Positions 49,073 through 60,732 are shown, counted from the first letter of the stretch. The stretch is DNA of 64,000 nucleotides from Acidobacteriota bacterium (GCA_049967655.1 JBMFSH010000002.1:1-64000), one strand, 5' to 3'. Notes: generated by a model from the letters alone, not told the origin. Numbers and translations are program-made.

Positions 49073-49625
49073 GCGGTCCTACGACATCTACTCCCGGCTG
49101 CTCAAGGACAACATCATCTTCGTGGGCGAGGAGATCGACGATCATCTGGCGAATCTGGTCATCGCCCAGCTCCTCTTTCTCGAAGCTGAGGACCCGCAGC
49201 GCGACATCTGGCTGTACGTCAACAGCCCGGGAGGTTCCGTGACCTCCGGTCTGGCCATTTACGACACGATGCAGTTCGTGAAGCCGGACATCAACACGAT
49301 CTGCATCGGCCAAGCTGCATCCATGGCGGCCGTTCTGCTGGCCGCCGGGACCAAGGGCAAGCGCTTCGCGCTTCCCAACTCCCGGATCATCATCCACCAG
49401 CCCTTGGGCGGCGTGAGCGGGCAGGCCAGCGACATAGACATCCAGGCGAAGGAGATCCTGAGAATGCGGGAGGCCATATTTCAGATCCTCGCCAGTCATA
49501 CGGAGCGGCCGATCGAGACCATCCGGGCCGACTGCGACCGGGATTTCATCATGACGCCGGCACACGCGCTGGAGTACGGGATCGTGGACAAGATCCTTAC
49601 GCACCATGGGATACCGGAGAAATAA
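49029..49625 (+). CDS. clpP: ATP-dependent Clp protease proteolytic subunit
   Basis: [31 protein letters not shown]. Confidence 0.97.
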   Translation: MPLIPIVVEQTNRGERSYDIYSRLLKDNIIFVGEEIDDHLANLVIAQLLFLEAEDPQRDIWLYVNSPGGSVTSGLAIYDTMQFVKPDINTICIGQAASMAAVLLAAGTKGKRFALPNSRIIIHQPLGGVSGQASDIDIQAKEILRMREAIFQILASHTERPIETIRADCDRDFIMTPAHALEYGIVDKILTHHGIPEK

Positions 49626-49677
49626 AACGGCCTGGCCGAGCATTGCTCTGGATACCCCGGTGGCGGAGGGAAGGTAG

Positions 49678-50910
49678 ATGAGCCGAGGTTACGCGGACAA
49701 CGAACTCAGGTGCAGCTTCTGCAACAAGCCCCAGCGCGAGGTCAAGAAATTGATCGCGGGGCCCAACGTGTACATCTGCAATGAGTGCGTGGACACCTGC
49801 AACGAAATCCTGGCCGAAGACGTCGAAAAGGACGAGAAAGGCCGCAACCCTCTCCCCAAGCCCAAGGAGGTCAAGACCTTCCTGGACGAGTACGTGATTG
49901 GCCAGGATTTCGCCAAGAAGCGGATCGCGGTGGCGGTGTACAACCACTACCGTCGGACCCAGCTGAACGTGCGGCGCGGGGACGTGGAGGTCCAGAAATC
50001 CAACATCCTCCTCGTAGGCCCCACGGGGACGGGGAAGACCCTTCTAGCCCAGACCCTCGCCCGGCTCCTACAGGTTCCCTTCGCCATTGCCGATGCCACC
50101 ACCCTGACGGAGGCGGGCTACGTGGGTGAGGACGTGGAGAACATCCTCCTCAAGCTGCTCCAGAACGCCGACGGCGACAAGGTGCGGGCCGAACGGGGTA
50201 TCGTCTACGTGGACGAGATCGACAAAATCGCCAGGAAGGGCGAGAACCCCTCGATCACCCGCGACGTCTCGGGCGAGGGAGTCCAGCAGGCCCTCCTGAA
50301 GATCCTGGAGGGGACCGTCGCCAACGTGCCTCCTCAGGGCGGCAGGAAGCACCCCCACCAGGAGTTCATCCAGATTGACACGACCAACATCCTCTTCATC
50401 TGTGGGGGCGCCTTCGTGGGTTTGGACAAGATCATTGAACGGCGCCTGCACAAGTCCTCCATCGGGTACGGCGGCGTTCCCGAGCAGGGCGACCCCAAGA
50501 GCCTGAGCGACCTCCTCCACCTCGTGCAGCCGCAGGACCTCATCAAATACGGGATGATCCCGGAGTTCGTCGGCCGGGTGCCCGTCGTGGCGGCCCTGAA
50601 CGAGCTGGATCTCGATGCCCTGAAGACGATCCTGACCCAGCCCCGCAACGCCCTGGTCAAGCAGTTCCAGAAGATCTTCGAAATGGAGGGCGTAAAGCTC
50701 ACCTTCACGGCGGAGGCCGTGGAGGAGATTTCCAAGGAGGCCATCGCCCGGGGCGTGGGAGCCCGGGGATTGCGGATCATCATGGAAGACCTCATGCTCG
50801 AACTCATGTACGACATCCCTTCGCAGAGCAACGTCAAGGAAGTGGTCATCACGCGCGACGTCGTCCTGGCCAGCGCCAAGCCCATCATGCTGATGGAGCA
50901 CGCCGGCTGA
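49678..50910 (+). CDS. clpX: ATP-dependent Clp protease ATP-binding subunit
   Basis: CSFC...CNEC zinc domain, [28 protein letters not shown]. Confidence 0.97.
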   Translation: MSRGYADNELRCSFCNKPQREVKKLIAGPNVYICNECVDTCNEILAEDVEKDEKGRNPLPKPKEVKTFLDEYVIGQDFAKKRIAVAVYNHYRRTQLNVRRGDVEVQKSNILLVGPTGTGKTLLAQTLARLLQVPFAIADATTLTEAGYVGEDVENILLKLLQNADGDKVRAERGIVYVDEIDKIARKGENPSITRDVSGEGVQQALLKILEGTVANVPPQGGRKHPHQEFIQIDTTNILFICGGAFVGLDKIIERRLHKSSIGYGGVPEQGDPKSLSDLLHLVQPQDLIKYGMIPEFVGRVPVVAALNELDLDALKTILTQPRNALVKQFQKIFEMEGVKLTFTAEAVEEISKEAIARGVGARGLRIIMEDLMLELMYDIPSQSNVKEVVITRDVVLASAKPIMLMEHAG

Positions 50911-50936
50911 ATCGCGCCCGGCAAAAAGGTTCCCTC

Positions 50937-53345
50937 ATGAAAGAACTTTTCGCCTCTCCACCAGGAGCCCCCAACCTGGAGGTCGTCCCCCTCATCACCC
51001 TGAGGGACATGGTGGTCTTCCCGCACTCCGTCCGGCCCTTCATCGTCGGCCGGACGAATTCCATCGCCGCCGTGGAGGCGGCCCTGGCCTCCGACCGCCG
51101 CGTTTTCCTGTCGCTTCAGCAGGACCCGCAGGCCCAGGAGCCCTCTTCCGCCGGGCTCCACCGGATGGGGGTGCTGGCGCAGGTGGTCCAGTCCCTCTCG
51201 CTCCCCAGCGGCCATCTCAAGGTGCTCGTGGAGGGTCTCAGCCGGGGCTTCGCGAAGGATTTCCTGCTCGACGAGAAGGTCCCCCACGCCTGCGTGGAGA
51301 CCGTTCCGGACCCCTCCCCGGTGGAGGTGGAGACGGAGGCTCTGGCCTTCGAGGTGAGCCGGAGCTTCGATGAGTTTGTCCGCAAGCAGCAGGGCTTTTA
51401 CGGGTCGGTCAGCGCTTCCTCACTCAATCCCGAGGACCCCGGACGGTTCTGCGACCAGGTCGCCTCCTACCTCTCCATTCAGACGGCTCTCAAGCAGAAA
51501 ATCCTGGAGACGGTGCCCACCCTGGACCGGCTCAAGCTGGTGAAGCGGCTCCTGGGTTCCGAGATCGAGCAGGCCCACCTCGATCAGCGCCTCAACAAAG
51601 AGGTGGAAAAGCAGATCGAGAAGACCCAGAAAGAGTACTACCTCAACGAGAAGATGAAGCTCATCAAGAAGGAGCTCGGCCGCGAGGACTCCACGAACGA
51701 GATCGAGGAGCTCCGGGAGCGGATCGAGAAGGCCGGCATGACGGAGCTGGCCAAGGAGAAGGCCATCTCCGAGCTCAAGCGGCTGGAGATCATGCCGCCG
51801 GTTTCGGCCGAAGCCACCGTCTCCCGCTCCTACATCGACTGGCTTCTGGCCCTCCCGTGGTCCAAGGCGAGCAAGGACAATACCGACATCCACCGGGCCC
51901 GGAAGATCCTCGACGAGGACCACCACGGGCTCGAGAAGGTGAAGGAGCGGATCCTGGAGTTCCTCTCCGTGCGACAGCTCGCCAAGGAGCACAAGGGCAG
52001 CATCCTGTGCTTCGTGGGGCCGCCCGGTGTGGGGAAGACCTCCGTGGCCCGGTCCATCGCGCGGAGCATGGGGCGGGAGTTCGTGAGGCTTTCGCTCGGC
52101 GGCGTGCACGACGAGGCCGAGATCAAGGGCCACCGCCGCACCTACATCGGGGCCTTTCCCGGCCAGATCATCCAGCTCCTCAAGAGGGCCGGGACGCAGA
52201 ACCCCGTGTTCCTTCTGGACGAGGTGGACAAGCTGGGCGCCGACTACCGGGGCGATCCCTCCTCGGCCCTGCTGGAGGTCCTGGATCCCGAGCAGAACAA
52301 CGCCTTCGTGGACCACTACGTGGACGTTCCCTTCGACCTATCGAAGGTCTTCTTCATCACCACGGCCAACGTGACCCATACCATCCCGCCCGCCCTACTG
52401 GACCGGATGGAGGTGGTCTCCTTCTCCGGCTACACCCTTCCCGAAAAGCTCTCCATCGCCAAGGGCTACCTGATCCCCAAGCAGCGGAAGAGCCACGGGC
52501 TGAGGGTCAAGGACCTGGAGTTCACGGACGATGGTCTGTCCTTCATCATTGACGGCTACACCCGCGAAGCCGGGGTTCGCAACCTGGAGAGGGAAGTCGC
52601 CTCCGTGTGCCGCAAGGTGGCGCACAAGGTGGTCAAGGAGCACCGAAGGGCCCACGAGGTCATCAACCCCGCGAAGGCGGAGGAATACTTGGGCGTCGCG
52701 AGGTTCAAGACGCGAAAGGTCCTCCCCGGGGACGAGGTGGGGATCTCCGTCGGGCTGGCCTGGACGCAGAACGGCGGGGACATCCTCCTCGTGGAATCCA
52801 GCCTCATGCAGGGCAAGGGCGAACTGATCCTCACCGGCCAGCTGGGCGAGGTCATGCAGGAATCCGCGCGGGCGGCCCTCTCCTTTATCCGCGGACAGTC
52901 CGAGCACCTTGGGCTCGCCAGGGACTTCTACTCGAATCACGACGTTCACATCCACGTGCCGGAGGGAGCCATCCCCAAGGACGGACCCTCGGCCGGAATC
53001 GCCCTCGGCGTGGCCATGATCTCCACCTTCACGGGCATGCCCGTGAGGCACGACGTGGCCATGACCGGAGAGATCACTTTGAGGGGCAAGGTCCTGCCCG
53101 TGGGTGGGCTCAAGGAGAAGATCCTGGCCGCCAAACAGCACGACATCACGGAGGTGATCCTGCCCAGGGACAACGAGAAGGACGTTTCCGAGGTGCCCGA
53201 GAGCCTACGGCAGGGGATGGTGTTCCACTTCGTGGAGTCACTGGAGGAGGTCATCGGGCACGCGTTCCGCAAGGATCCGTACCGGTCCCATCCGTCACTT
53301 CTGCTAGAAAAGCCGGACGCGGCACAGCCCGAGAAGAGGCCCTGA
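50937..53345 (+). CDS. lon: Lon protease
   Basis: GPPGVGKTS, GHRRTYIG, PKDGPSAG, GGLKEK. Confidence 0.97.
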   Translation: MKELFASPPGAPNLEVVPLITLRDMVVFPHSVRPFIVGRTNSIAAVEAALASDRRVFLSLQQDPQAQEPSSAGLHRMGVLAQVVQSLSLPSGHLKVLVEGLSRGFAKDFLLDEKVPHACVETVPDPSPVEVETEALAFEVSRSFDEFVRKQQGFYGSVSASSLNPEDPGRFCDQVASYLSIQTALKQKILETVPTLDRLKLVKRLLGSEIEQAHLDQRLNKEVEKQIEKTQKEYYLNEKMKLIKKELGREDSTNEIEELRERIEKAGMTELAKEKAISELKRLEIMPPVSAEATVSRSYIDWLLALPWSKASKDNTDIHRARKILDEDHHGLEKVKERILEFLSVRQLAKEHKGSILCFVGPPGVGKTSVARSIARSMGREFVRLSLGGVHDEAEIKGHRRTYIGAFPGQIIQLLKRAGTQNPVFLLDEVDKLGADYRGDPSSALLEVLDPEQNNAFVDHYVDVPFDLSKVFFITTANVTHTIPPALLDRMEVVSFSGYTLPEKLSIAKGYLIPKQRKSHGLRVKDLEFTDDGLSFIIDGYTREAGVRNLEREVASVCRKVAHKVVKEHRRAHEVINPAKAEEYLGVARFKTRKVLPGDEVGISVGLAWTQNGGDILLVESSLMQGKGELILTGQLGEVMQESARAALSFIRGQSEHLGLARDFYSNHDVHIHVPEGAIPKDGPSAGIALGVAMISTFTGMPVRHDVAMTGEITLRGKVLPVGGLKEKILAAKQHDITEVILPRDNEKDVSEVPESLRQGMVFHFVESLEEVIGHAFRKDPYRSHPSLLLEKPDAAQPEKRP

Positions 53346-53453
53346 AGCCTCCGGAATCCGGTTCGCAGAACGAGCAAGGCAAGTCCGGACGCTTACCCCG
53401 CATAAGGTTCTAGGGGCGGAGCGCATCGTGGGCCGCGCCATTGGGGTGTAGGA

Positions 53454-54044
53454 TTGAACGAATTGGCCGCGCAGTTGGAGAGGGTCGCCGCAAACCGCGG
53501 CCAGCTTCCCGTGCCTACCCTTCCGGAAGTTCCGGTCATCGGGCGATCCAACGTGGGGAAGTCCTCCTTCATCAACACCTTGACCGGGAGGAAGGGATTC
53601 ATGAGGGTCAGCAACTCCCCCGGACGCACGGGCGCCGTGTTCTTTGTGAATGTCGGGGGAAGGGGCTATGTGGTGGACCTTCCGGGTTACGGGTTTGCCA
53701 AGGTTCCCCTGCCGGTCAAGCGGGCTTGGGCCGACCTCGTGGAGGCCTACCTGGCGAGACCGGCCAGGGGCGGAGGAATCCTGCTGGTGGATGCCAGGCG
53801 CGAGCCCAGCGCAGGGGACCGGCAGATGGTGTCCTACTTTCGCCACTACGGCCGGCCCTTCAGCGTGGTGATGACGAAGGTGGACAAGATTTCGAGAGGA
53901 CGTTGGAAAGGGAGGGCCACGGCCATCGCCGATGCGCTGGGCCTGGGGGCGGATCAGGAGCCCATCCCCTTTTCGGCTGTGACGAATGAGGGTGCGAAAA
54001 GGGTACTTCGGCTCATCGAGGAGTATATGGAGCAAACGGCATGA
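53454..54044 (+). CDS. engB: Ribosome biogenesis GTPase YihA/YsxC
   Basis: [26 protein letters not shown] start. Confidence 0.92.
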   Translation: MNELAAQLERVAANRGQLPVPTLPEVPVIGRSNVGKSSFINTLTGRKGFMRVSNSPGRTGAVFFVNVGGRGYVVDLPGYGFAKVPLPVKRAWADLVEAYLARPARGGGILLVDARREPSAGDRQMVSYFRHYGRPFSVVMTKVDKISRGRWKGRATAIADALGLGADQEPIPFSAVTNEGAKRVLRLIEEYMEQTA

Positions 54045-55315
54045 ACAAAGGGCGGACGGAAAATCTAGACTTGGCCAAAATGCACGACATGAGCTACCAG
54101 GATCTGCTGAAGCTGGGGAGGGAGTACGAGATCGAGGGTATTTCGTCCCTGAAGCGTCAGGAGCTCATCTTCCAGATCCTCAAATCCCAGGCCGAGGCCA
54201 ACGGATTCATCTTCGCCGAGGGGGTACTGGAGATCCTTCAGGACGGATTCGGCTTCCTGAGGGCGCCCGAGTACAACTACCTTCCCGGCCCCGACGACAT
54301 CTACGTAAGCCCCTCCCAGATCAAGAAGTTCGGCCTGCGAACCGGCGACACCATTTCGGGCCAGGTGCGTCCGCCCAAGGAGGGTGAAAAGTACTTCGCC
54401 CTCATCAAGGTGGACGCCATCAACTTCGAATCCACGACCAAGACGCGGGACCGCATGTGGTTCGACGCGCTGACGCCCATCTACCCCAACCGGCGCATCA
54501 AGCTCGAAACCAGCCGTGAGGCCATGTCCGGGCGAGTGCTGGACATGGTGACGCCCATCGGTTTCGGCCAGCGCGGCCTCATCGTGGCCCCGCCGCGGAC
54601 CGGCAAGACCATGCTGCTGCAGGCCATCGCCCACGCCATCACGGCCAACCATCCCGAGGCCTACCTCCTGGTCCTGCTCATCGACGAGCGGCCCGAGGAG
54701 GTGACGGACATGCAGCGCTCGGTGAAGGGCGAGGTCCAGGCCTCCACCTTCGACGAGCCCCCCACGCGCCACGTCCAGGTGGCCGAGATGGTGATGGAGA
54801 AGACCAAGCGCCTGGTGGAACAGGGCCGAGACGTGGTCATCCTGCTGGACTCGATCACCCGCATGGCGAGGGCCTACAACACCGTGACGCCCCCTTCGGG
54901 CCGGGTCCTTTCGGGAGGTCTCGACGCCAACGCCCTCCAGAAGCCGAAGCGCTTCTTCGGCGCGGCGCGGAACATCGAGGAGGGAGGCTCCCTGACCATC
55001 ATCGCCACGGCGCTGGTGGACACGGGCTCCCGAATGGATGACGTCATCTTCGAGGAGTTCAAGGGCACGGGCAACATGGAGATCCACCTGGACCGTAAGC
55101 TCGTGGACAAGCGGGTCTTCCCCGCCATCGACATCAACAAGTCGGGCACCCGCAAGGAGGAGCTGCTCACCGGCGAGTTCGAACTGAACCGGATGTGGAT
55201 CCTGCGCAAGATCCTCAACCCGCTCTCCACCGTCGAAGCCATGGAGCTGCTCCTGAACAAACTCGGGGAATTCGAATCCAATGAGGCCTTCCTGAAGGGA
55301 CTGTCGGGAGGGTGA
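54041..55315 (+). CDS. rho: Transcription termination factor Rho
   Basis: [46 protein letters not shown]. Confidence 0.97.
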   Translation: MNKGRTENLDLAKMHDMSYQDLLKLGREYEIEGISSLKRQELIFQILKSQAEANGFIFAEGVLEILQDGFGFLRAPEYNYLPGPDDIYVSPSQIKKFGLRTGDTISGQVRPPKEGEKYFALIKVDAINFESTTKTRDRMWFDALTPIYPNRRIKLETSREAMSGRVLDMVTPIGFGQRGLIVAPPRTGKTMLLQAIAHAITANHPEAYLLVLLIDERPEEVTDMQRSVKGEVQASTFDEPPTRHVQVAEMVMEKTKRLVEQGRDVVILLDSITRMARAYNTVTPPSGRVLSGGLDANALQKPKRFFGAARNIEEGGSLTIIATALVDTGSRMDDVIFEEFKGTGNMEIHLDRKLVDKRVFPAIDINKSGTRKEELLTGEFELNRMWILRKILNPLSTVEAMELLLNKLGEFESNEAFLKGLSGG

Positions 55316-55697
55316 TCCGAACGGGCCGTATGGCCTCCATTCTCGTCCGGCTTCCCTCCGGGCGAGCCGCCCGCGGAACGGGGCTCCGCCCGTGGCCGGC
55401 GACCTGTGCCGCGCAAGTGACCACCGCTCACCACCCAGACCCGCCGACTCGGCACCGGCTGGCAGCCGCCAAGCGAACGTCCGTCCGGCGCTGGTCGCGG
55501 CGCTGAATGCCGCATCGATCGTGCAGGGTCATGGCTGTCCAATTGAGGGGTTTGCCTTCCGGAGCGGAGCCACGCTCGCGTGGACGCGCCCGGCCCAGGC
55601 CCCCAGCGCCGCGCCAAAGGCGCGGCCCAGACCCAGCCGTGGTTCGGACCCGGCAGGGCAGTCTATGTTGAACAGGCGTGATGCAGGGTTTTCCAGC

Positions 55698-55957
55698 CCC
55701 AATCTCGCGATGGAACGGGGGAAAGAACATGGGAAGCAGGCGGAGCAAGCCATTGAAGAAGAGGCCTTTGTCACCTATCAAGGGATTGGGGCGCCCTCGA
55801 GCCAAGGGCGAGAGGGCACCAAGGGCGGGGTGAGCCTCCACGGGCTTTGCCCGTGGAGCGGGGAGGGAATGGCCCTCCCCGTCCAGGAGATAACGCCTTT
55901 CCCCGGTGAACCCGAGCGGTAGCCGGAGGCACCCGCGTTTCCATCGCGGAATTTGGG
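55698..55957 (+). mobile_element. 260-bp MITE-like element
   Basis: TIRs CCCAATCTCGCGATGGAACG / CGTTTCCATCGCGGAATTTGGG. Flanks TCCAGC / TCCAAT (4/6, possible eroded TSD). Roughly 18 substitutions versus the 28-kb copy by manual count. Confidence 0.85.
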
Positions 55958-56044
55958 TCCAATGGCCCGCTGGTCCGATTCGGGGCGGGAGGGTAGAATC
56001 GTCTCTTGGGAGTGGGGATCTCCGCAAAACTCGAGGAGGAGGCG

Positions 56045-57730
56045 ATGAATAGACCCGCGATGGGGCTGGCGCTGGCGCTGGCTGGAAGTCTGTTCGCCCT
56101 GGGCGCGCTGGCCCAGGAAGTTCCCGGAAAGGTCCTCAGGCAGTTCCCGCTTGACCTCAAGACTCCCACCGGCCTGACCTGGGATGGGAGCCGTCTGTGG
56201 GTAGCCGATTTCGACTCGGCCAAGCTCTACCGGTTGAATCCTTCAGACGGCAAGGTCGAGGAGAGCGTGGATGCTCCAGGCTATTCGCCCATGGGACTCG
56301 CGTGGGATGGCTCCAAGCTCTGGTGCCTGGACCTCTCCGACAAGACCGCCTACGCCCTGAATCCCACCACGCGCGTCACGCTTCGCGCCCTCGCCCTGGA
56401 CACCGATACGGCCGAAGGGATCGCGTGGGACGGCGAGGCCCTCTGGACGGTGGACGCCAGGGCGGGGGTGATCAATCGGCTGGACGACGAGGACGGGACG
56501 ACCTTCAAGAGCTTCACCTGTCCCACGGGCGGCGGATCCCGCCGCACCGAGGAGATCGGCATGGCCTTCGACGGCGCGCACCTCTGGGTGAGCGACCGGA
56601 TCACCGACGCCATCTACGAGGTCGATCCCGCCAGCGGCGCCGTGCTGGCCGACTTCCCCTCTCCCGGTCCCTATCCCGCGGGCCTGGCCTGGGACGGGCA
56701 CCACCTCTGGTGCGCGGACTACGAGACGCGGACCCTCTACGAGCTTCAGGTGACCAGTTCGGCCCCTTACGTCACGCGCGATCCCAAGCGCGAGGAGATG
56801 GTTTACACCGAGGCCTGGCGAAACTTTGGGCCGGGGGTCGTGAAGAGCCTGGATGTCTATATCGCCGTTCCGCAGGACCTGCCCAACCAGAAACTGCTCG
56901 CCCCCCCGCGGTTCGAGCCGAGCCCCGCGGATTTCGTGACGGACCAGTGGGGGCAGAAGTGCGCCCACTTCGCCTTCCACGACGTGAAGCCCGACCAGGA
57001 GGTCACGGCCGTCATGCGGGTGAAAGCTGAACTCTACCGGGTTCGGTGGTTCGTCGATCCCGAGAGGGTGGGCAAGCTGGAGGAGATCCCGGAGGCGATC
57101 CGGAAGGCCTACACCCAGGACAGCAGCAAGCTCGTGATGACCGACCCGGTGATCGAAAGAGCGGTGAAGGAGGCCCTCGGCGGGGAGCACAACCCCTACT
57201 GGATGGCGCGCAAGATCAACCAGTACATCCAGGACCACATGCACTACGAGCTGGCGGGGGGATGGAACGTGGCGCCCACGGTCCTGGCGCGCGGCTCGGG
57301 CTCCTGCTCCGAGTACACCTTCGTCATGCTGGCCATGTGCCACGCCGCTGGCCTGCCGGCGCGCTATGCGGGCTCCGTGGTGATCCGGGGCGATGACGCC
57401 TCCAGGGACGACGTGTTCCACCGGTGGGTGGAGGTGTACCTGCCCAATTACGGATGGTTCCCCGTGGACCCCTCGGGCGGAGACTCGCCGGTGCCCGCGG
57501 AGCAGGCGGACTACTTCGGCGGCCTGGCCAACCGCTTCCTCATCACGACGCTGGGGGCCGGCGACAGCAAGACGCTGGGGTGGGACTACGACAGCAGCGC
57601 CTCTTGGACCGCCGTGGGCCGAGTGAAGCTCATGCAGAGGAGGGCGGGCGAGTGGAGCCCCATGGGCAAGCGCTTCGAGCCCGCCCTCGTGGGCGAGCCC
57701 GGAGGGCTCACCTGCAATCCCAAGGGGTGA
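56045..57730 (+). CDS. Secreted beta-propeller + transglutaminase-like domain protein
   Basis: Signal peptide, five G(L/I/M)x(W/F)DG..LW..D repeats, Cys-His-Asp motifs GSCSEY, HRWVEVY, VDP. Confidence 0.85.
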   Translation: MNRPAMGLALALAGSLFALGALAQEVPGKVLRQFPLDLKTPTGLTWDGSRLWVADFDSAKLYRLNPSDGKVEESVDAPGYSPMGLAWDGSKLWCLDLSDKTAYALNPTTRVTLRALALDTDTAEGIAWDGEALWTVDARAGVINRLDDEDGTTFKSFTCPTGGGSRRTEEIGMAFDGAHLWVSDRITDAIYEVDPASGAVLADFPSPGPYPAGLAWDGHHLWCADYETRTLYELQVTSSAPYVTRDPKREEMVYTEAWRNFGPGVVKSLDVYIAVPQDLPNQKLLAPPRFEPSPADFVTDQWGQKCAHFAFHDVKPDQEVTAVMRVKAELYRVRWFVDPERVGKLEEIPEAIRKAYTQDSSKLVMTDPVIERAVKEALGGEHNPYWMARKINQYIQDHMHYELAGGWNVAPTVLARGSGSCSEYTFVMLAMCHAAGLPARYAGSVVIRGDDASRDDVFHRWVEVYLPNYGWFPVDPSGGDSPVPAEQADYFGGLANRFLITTLGAGDSKTLGWDYDSSASWTAVGRVKLMQRRAGEWSPMGKRFEPALVGEPGGLTCNPKG

Positions 57731-57794
57731 AACGGGCCGCCCGGCCGCGGGAGGCCCGCCGCGGAGCGGCTTCCCGTGGGGACTCCCCCAATCG

Positions 57795-57822
57795 GAACGG
57801 CCGCCCGTGCGGGCGGCCGTTC
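57795..57822. terminator. Hairpin between convergent genes
   Basis: GAACGGCCGCCCG-TG-CGGGCGGCCGTTC. Confidence 0.65.
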
Positions 57823-57849
57823 GCATTTCCTGGGAAGCCTGAGAGGGCC

Positions 57850-59202
57850 TCAGTGGTTGCCGTCCGAGTTGGAGCCGGCCACCACCAAACCGAGCTTCTC
57901 GGCCAGCAGCTCGCCGAGATTCAGCCCCGGCGGGGGCGTCTCCTTCATCTTCACGGGGCGTTCCTCCGAGCGCCTGGCAGACCTCGGTGCCGGCCGCTCG
58001 CGCCTGGGCGCGTCCTCCACCCTGGGTTCACGGGGCTCGCGCGGCGCCGGGGCCTCGAGCGTGCCCGGAGGCAGGTCTTCCACCCTGAGGGGTGGCGGAG
58101 CATCCTTGCCGAGCCGCGATCGCACCGAACGAACCTTTTCCTGGAGCTCGGCGGCCGTCTCCTTGACCTTCTCCATGCGGCCGCGCTTCTCCTCGACCCA
58201 CCTCGTCATGCGCTCGGAGAGGCCGGGCTCGGTGGCCGAGGCGATCCTGGTGTCCAGATCCGCAATCTCTGCGGCGAGGCGCTCCTGATAGAACTGGTTC
58301 TTGAGGAGGGTGATCTCCCAACGCTGGAGGTGCTCGCGCATGCGTTCAACCCAGTCGTCGTGCTGGCGCCGTCGCTGCTGGCGGCCCTCTTCGATGCGTT
58401 CGGAGCAACGCTTCCAAGCGTTTCTCAAAGTTTCGCGGATCTTTTCAGCCTTGGGAGGCGGCATGGGCGAGCCCTTCAACTCCAACTGGAAGTCCCGAAT
58501 CTGCCCCTGGACGCCGTGCGGTTCCTCGCTCTCGGCTGCGGCGAGCAGGGCGGCGGCACGCTCCTCCAGCTCGCCGAACAGCTTCTGGCGGAATTCACCG
58601 CGGTGCTTCCGGATGGCCTCCCTGGCTTCAAGCCAGCGGATCCAGCACGACTCGCGATCCTCTTTCAAAAGCCTGGCCGTGACGAGGGGGTCGGCTCCCG
58701 AGGGGTTGGGTGACCCCGAATCGCCCTCGGTCTTCTCGTCCGAGGAGGAAACCGCTTCGGCTGCGGCGGAGGAGACGGACAGGGGATCCTGGTTCTTCAT
58801 GAGCGCCAGGGCCCGATTCAGGGCGGACTGGGCGCGCTCCAACTCCTCAAGCGTGGAGGCCTGATCGTTGAGGCTCACCGCCTCTTCGGTGAGGGCCTCG
58901 ATGGCGGCGCGCTTGAGCTGGGACTCCTCTCGAAGCTTGGCCCTCTCCCCATCTTGACGGGAACGGGTCTGCTTGCAGAGGTCGTGGAAGTCCTTCCAGA
59001 GCTGCTCCCGCTCCTCCGGTTCGAGGGGTTTGAAGGACTTGAACTGGGAGGTGATCTCCCTGGCCTGCGCCCAGAAGTCGACGTACTGGGCGGCTGAATC
59101 GCCCTCGACGAAACCTCTGAGCTTGACGATCTCCGTCCGGATGACCTCGGCATTCGCCCTGGCGAGCTGAAGCCAGCGTTCCCGGTCCAATTCTCCGCTC
59201 AT
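57850..59202 (-). CDS. Coiled-coil protein with DUF349-like helical repeats
   Basis: ATG after GGAGG. Repeated E.RE.(L/C)W..(F/W) helical units; highly charged. Confidence 0.65.
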   Translation of the reverse strand: MSGELDRERWLQLARANAEVIRTEIVKLRGFVEGDSAAQYVDFWAQAREITSQFKSFKPLEPEEREQLWKDFHDLCKQTRSRQDGERAKLREESQLKRAAIEALTEEAVSLNDQASTLEELERAQSALNRALALMKNQDPLSVSSAAAEAVSSSDEKTEGDSGSPNPSGADPLVTARLLKEDRESCWIRWLEAREAIRKHRGEFRQKLFGELEERAAALLAAAESEEPHGVQGQIRDFQLELKGSPMPPPKAEKIRETLRNAWKRCSERIEEGRQQRRRQHDDWVERMREHLQRWEITLLKNQFYQERLAAEIADLDTRIASATEPGLSERMTRWVEEKRGRMEKVKETAAELQEKVRSVRSRLGKDAPPPLRVEDLPPGTLEAPAPREPREPRVEDAPRRERPAPRSARRSEERPVKMKETPPPGLNLGELLAEKLGLVVAGSNSDGNH

Positions 59203-59460
59203 GATGTCCTCCCAGCGCTCTGCCGACAGGTTCTCGGCGGCCGAGGAACCCGTGCGACGCATTCTACCAGAAAACGGCCTTAGCGTCAGGCGGGGGATCC
59301 GCATGCCCGAGGTGTGGGTCAGGTCACCAAAGCGCGCGAAGGAGGAGGCGTGGAACGGCTTGGCCACGTTCCCTGGAACGGCGGCGGGCTTCCGTTACGA
59401 ACGGGTCCGGGGCCCGGATGGACCGGGCCCCGGTATGGATGAAAAGAGGCGCGATGGGGA

Positions 59461-60732
59461 TCAGTCGTCTCCACCTCCGCCGTCTCCTCCGCCGCTTCCA
59501 CCGTGCGGACCTTCGGAGGAATCGGGTGAGTTGGTGTGGCAGGCGCTGCACTTCTGGCCGATGGATCCTGAAGTGCCCTGGTAGTTGATGGGCTGCCAGT
59601 TGTCGGCGGCCCGCATGGAGGGGTACCACGCGTGCGGGCTGTTGTGGCATGCGGCGCAAGCCACGCCGTGGTGTCCCACGCTGTTGCGGTAGAGCACCGA
59701 TCCCGTGTTCATGTTGGAGCCGTCGTGGCAGTCTCCGCAGTTCGGCTCGTCGAGCCAGGGCCTGCGTCCCTGCTGAATGGTCGCCGCCACGTTGGCCAGG
59801 GTGCCGTGGCAGTGCTGGCAGTTGGGATCGGTGGGACTGTTGGGGCCCATCTCCTCGATGGCGCTCCTGTTGCACTGGGTCTTGGCGCCGGGGTGGCAGT
59901 CGTAGCAGGCGGGTTGGTCGGCCTGGGATAGGGAGCCGTGCTTGAGGTGCATGGCGAGGGAGAGGGAGGGAACGCCGTAGCTCCCCGGCATGCCGAGCGC
60001 ATTATCGCTGTGACAGCTCGAGCAAAGCACCGGCTGGTGGTCGTAGAGGTTGGTCCCGTAGGTGGCGTCGTGGAGCATCAGGATGTTGCCCTCGGGCGTG
60101 CCGCTGGAGAATCCGCCCGTACCCACTCCTCCGTCGGCGTGGCACTTCTGGCAGTTCATTTCGTCGGAGATGGGGGCCGTGGCCTGGATCTGCGAGAGGA
60201 TCTTTCCCGTTGAGGACGATTTCACCGTGATCACGGCTGTCTGGTAGGGATTCCAGGTCATATCGTCGTTGTAAGGAAGCAGCGGAATGCCGGTGGCTTC
60301 GTAGTGAGGGAAGGGGCTGGTGTTGAGGACCATGTTGCCGGAGAGCCCGTTGCCCGTGAGCCCTTTGCCCTGAGGAAGGGCCACGCCGAAGAGGGCCTGA
60401 GCGTAAGTCCAGAAGTCGGTCTTACCGACCGTGGTGGTGTTCTGAGGAAAGTTGTAGGAGACGGTGATGCCCGAGGTGACGAGCTGAGGTTCGTCGCCGC
60501 GCTTGATGACCTGGACCATGAGGTTGTTGTAGGGAGGAAGAATGGCCATCTGGGCGAAGCGGGGGCTGATGCAGTGCATGCCCAGATCGTTCCAGGCCAG
60601 CACCGTATAGCTGCTCGATGTTCCGCTACGCCTGTCGGAGTAAACGGCCAAGCTGGTTGCCAGGCCGAGGAGCAACAAAATAACTGTCCCGGCGGCCACG
60701 AGGCTCCGCCGGTCTATTCGAGGCTTGAACAT
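59461..60732 (-). CDS. Exported multiheme cytochrome c (7 CxxCH)
   Basis: ATG 60732 after AAGGAG, signal peptide, N-terminal WNDLGMHC domain; CQKCH, CSSCH, CYDCH, CQHCH, CGDCH, CAACH, CSACH. Confidence 0.92.
   Translation of the reverse strand: MFKPRIDRRSLVAAGTVILLLLGLATSLAVYSDRRSGTSSSYTVLAWNDLGMHCISPRFAQMAILPPYNNLMVQVIKRGDEPQLVTSGITVSYNFPQNTTTVGKTDFWTYAQALFGVALPQGKGLTGNGLSGNMVLNTSPFPHYEATGIPLLPYNDDMTWNPYQTAVITVKSSSTGKILSQIQATAPISDEMNCQKCHADGGVGTGGFSSGTPEGNILMLHDATYGTNLYDHQPVLCSSCHSDNALGMPGSYGVPSLSLAMHLKHGSLSQADQPACYDCHPGAKTQCNRSAIEEMGPNSPTDPNCQHCHGTLANVAATIQQGRRPWLDEPNCGDCHDGSNMNTGSVLYRNSVGHHGVACAACHNSPHAWYPSMRAADNWQPINYQGTSGSIGQKCSACHTNSPDSSEGPHGGSGGGDGGGGDD

Noticed and set aside
55316..55697. 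380-bp non-coding stretch after rho as a possible ncRNA or small gene
   Set aside because: No recognisable RNA family signature or credible ORF.
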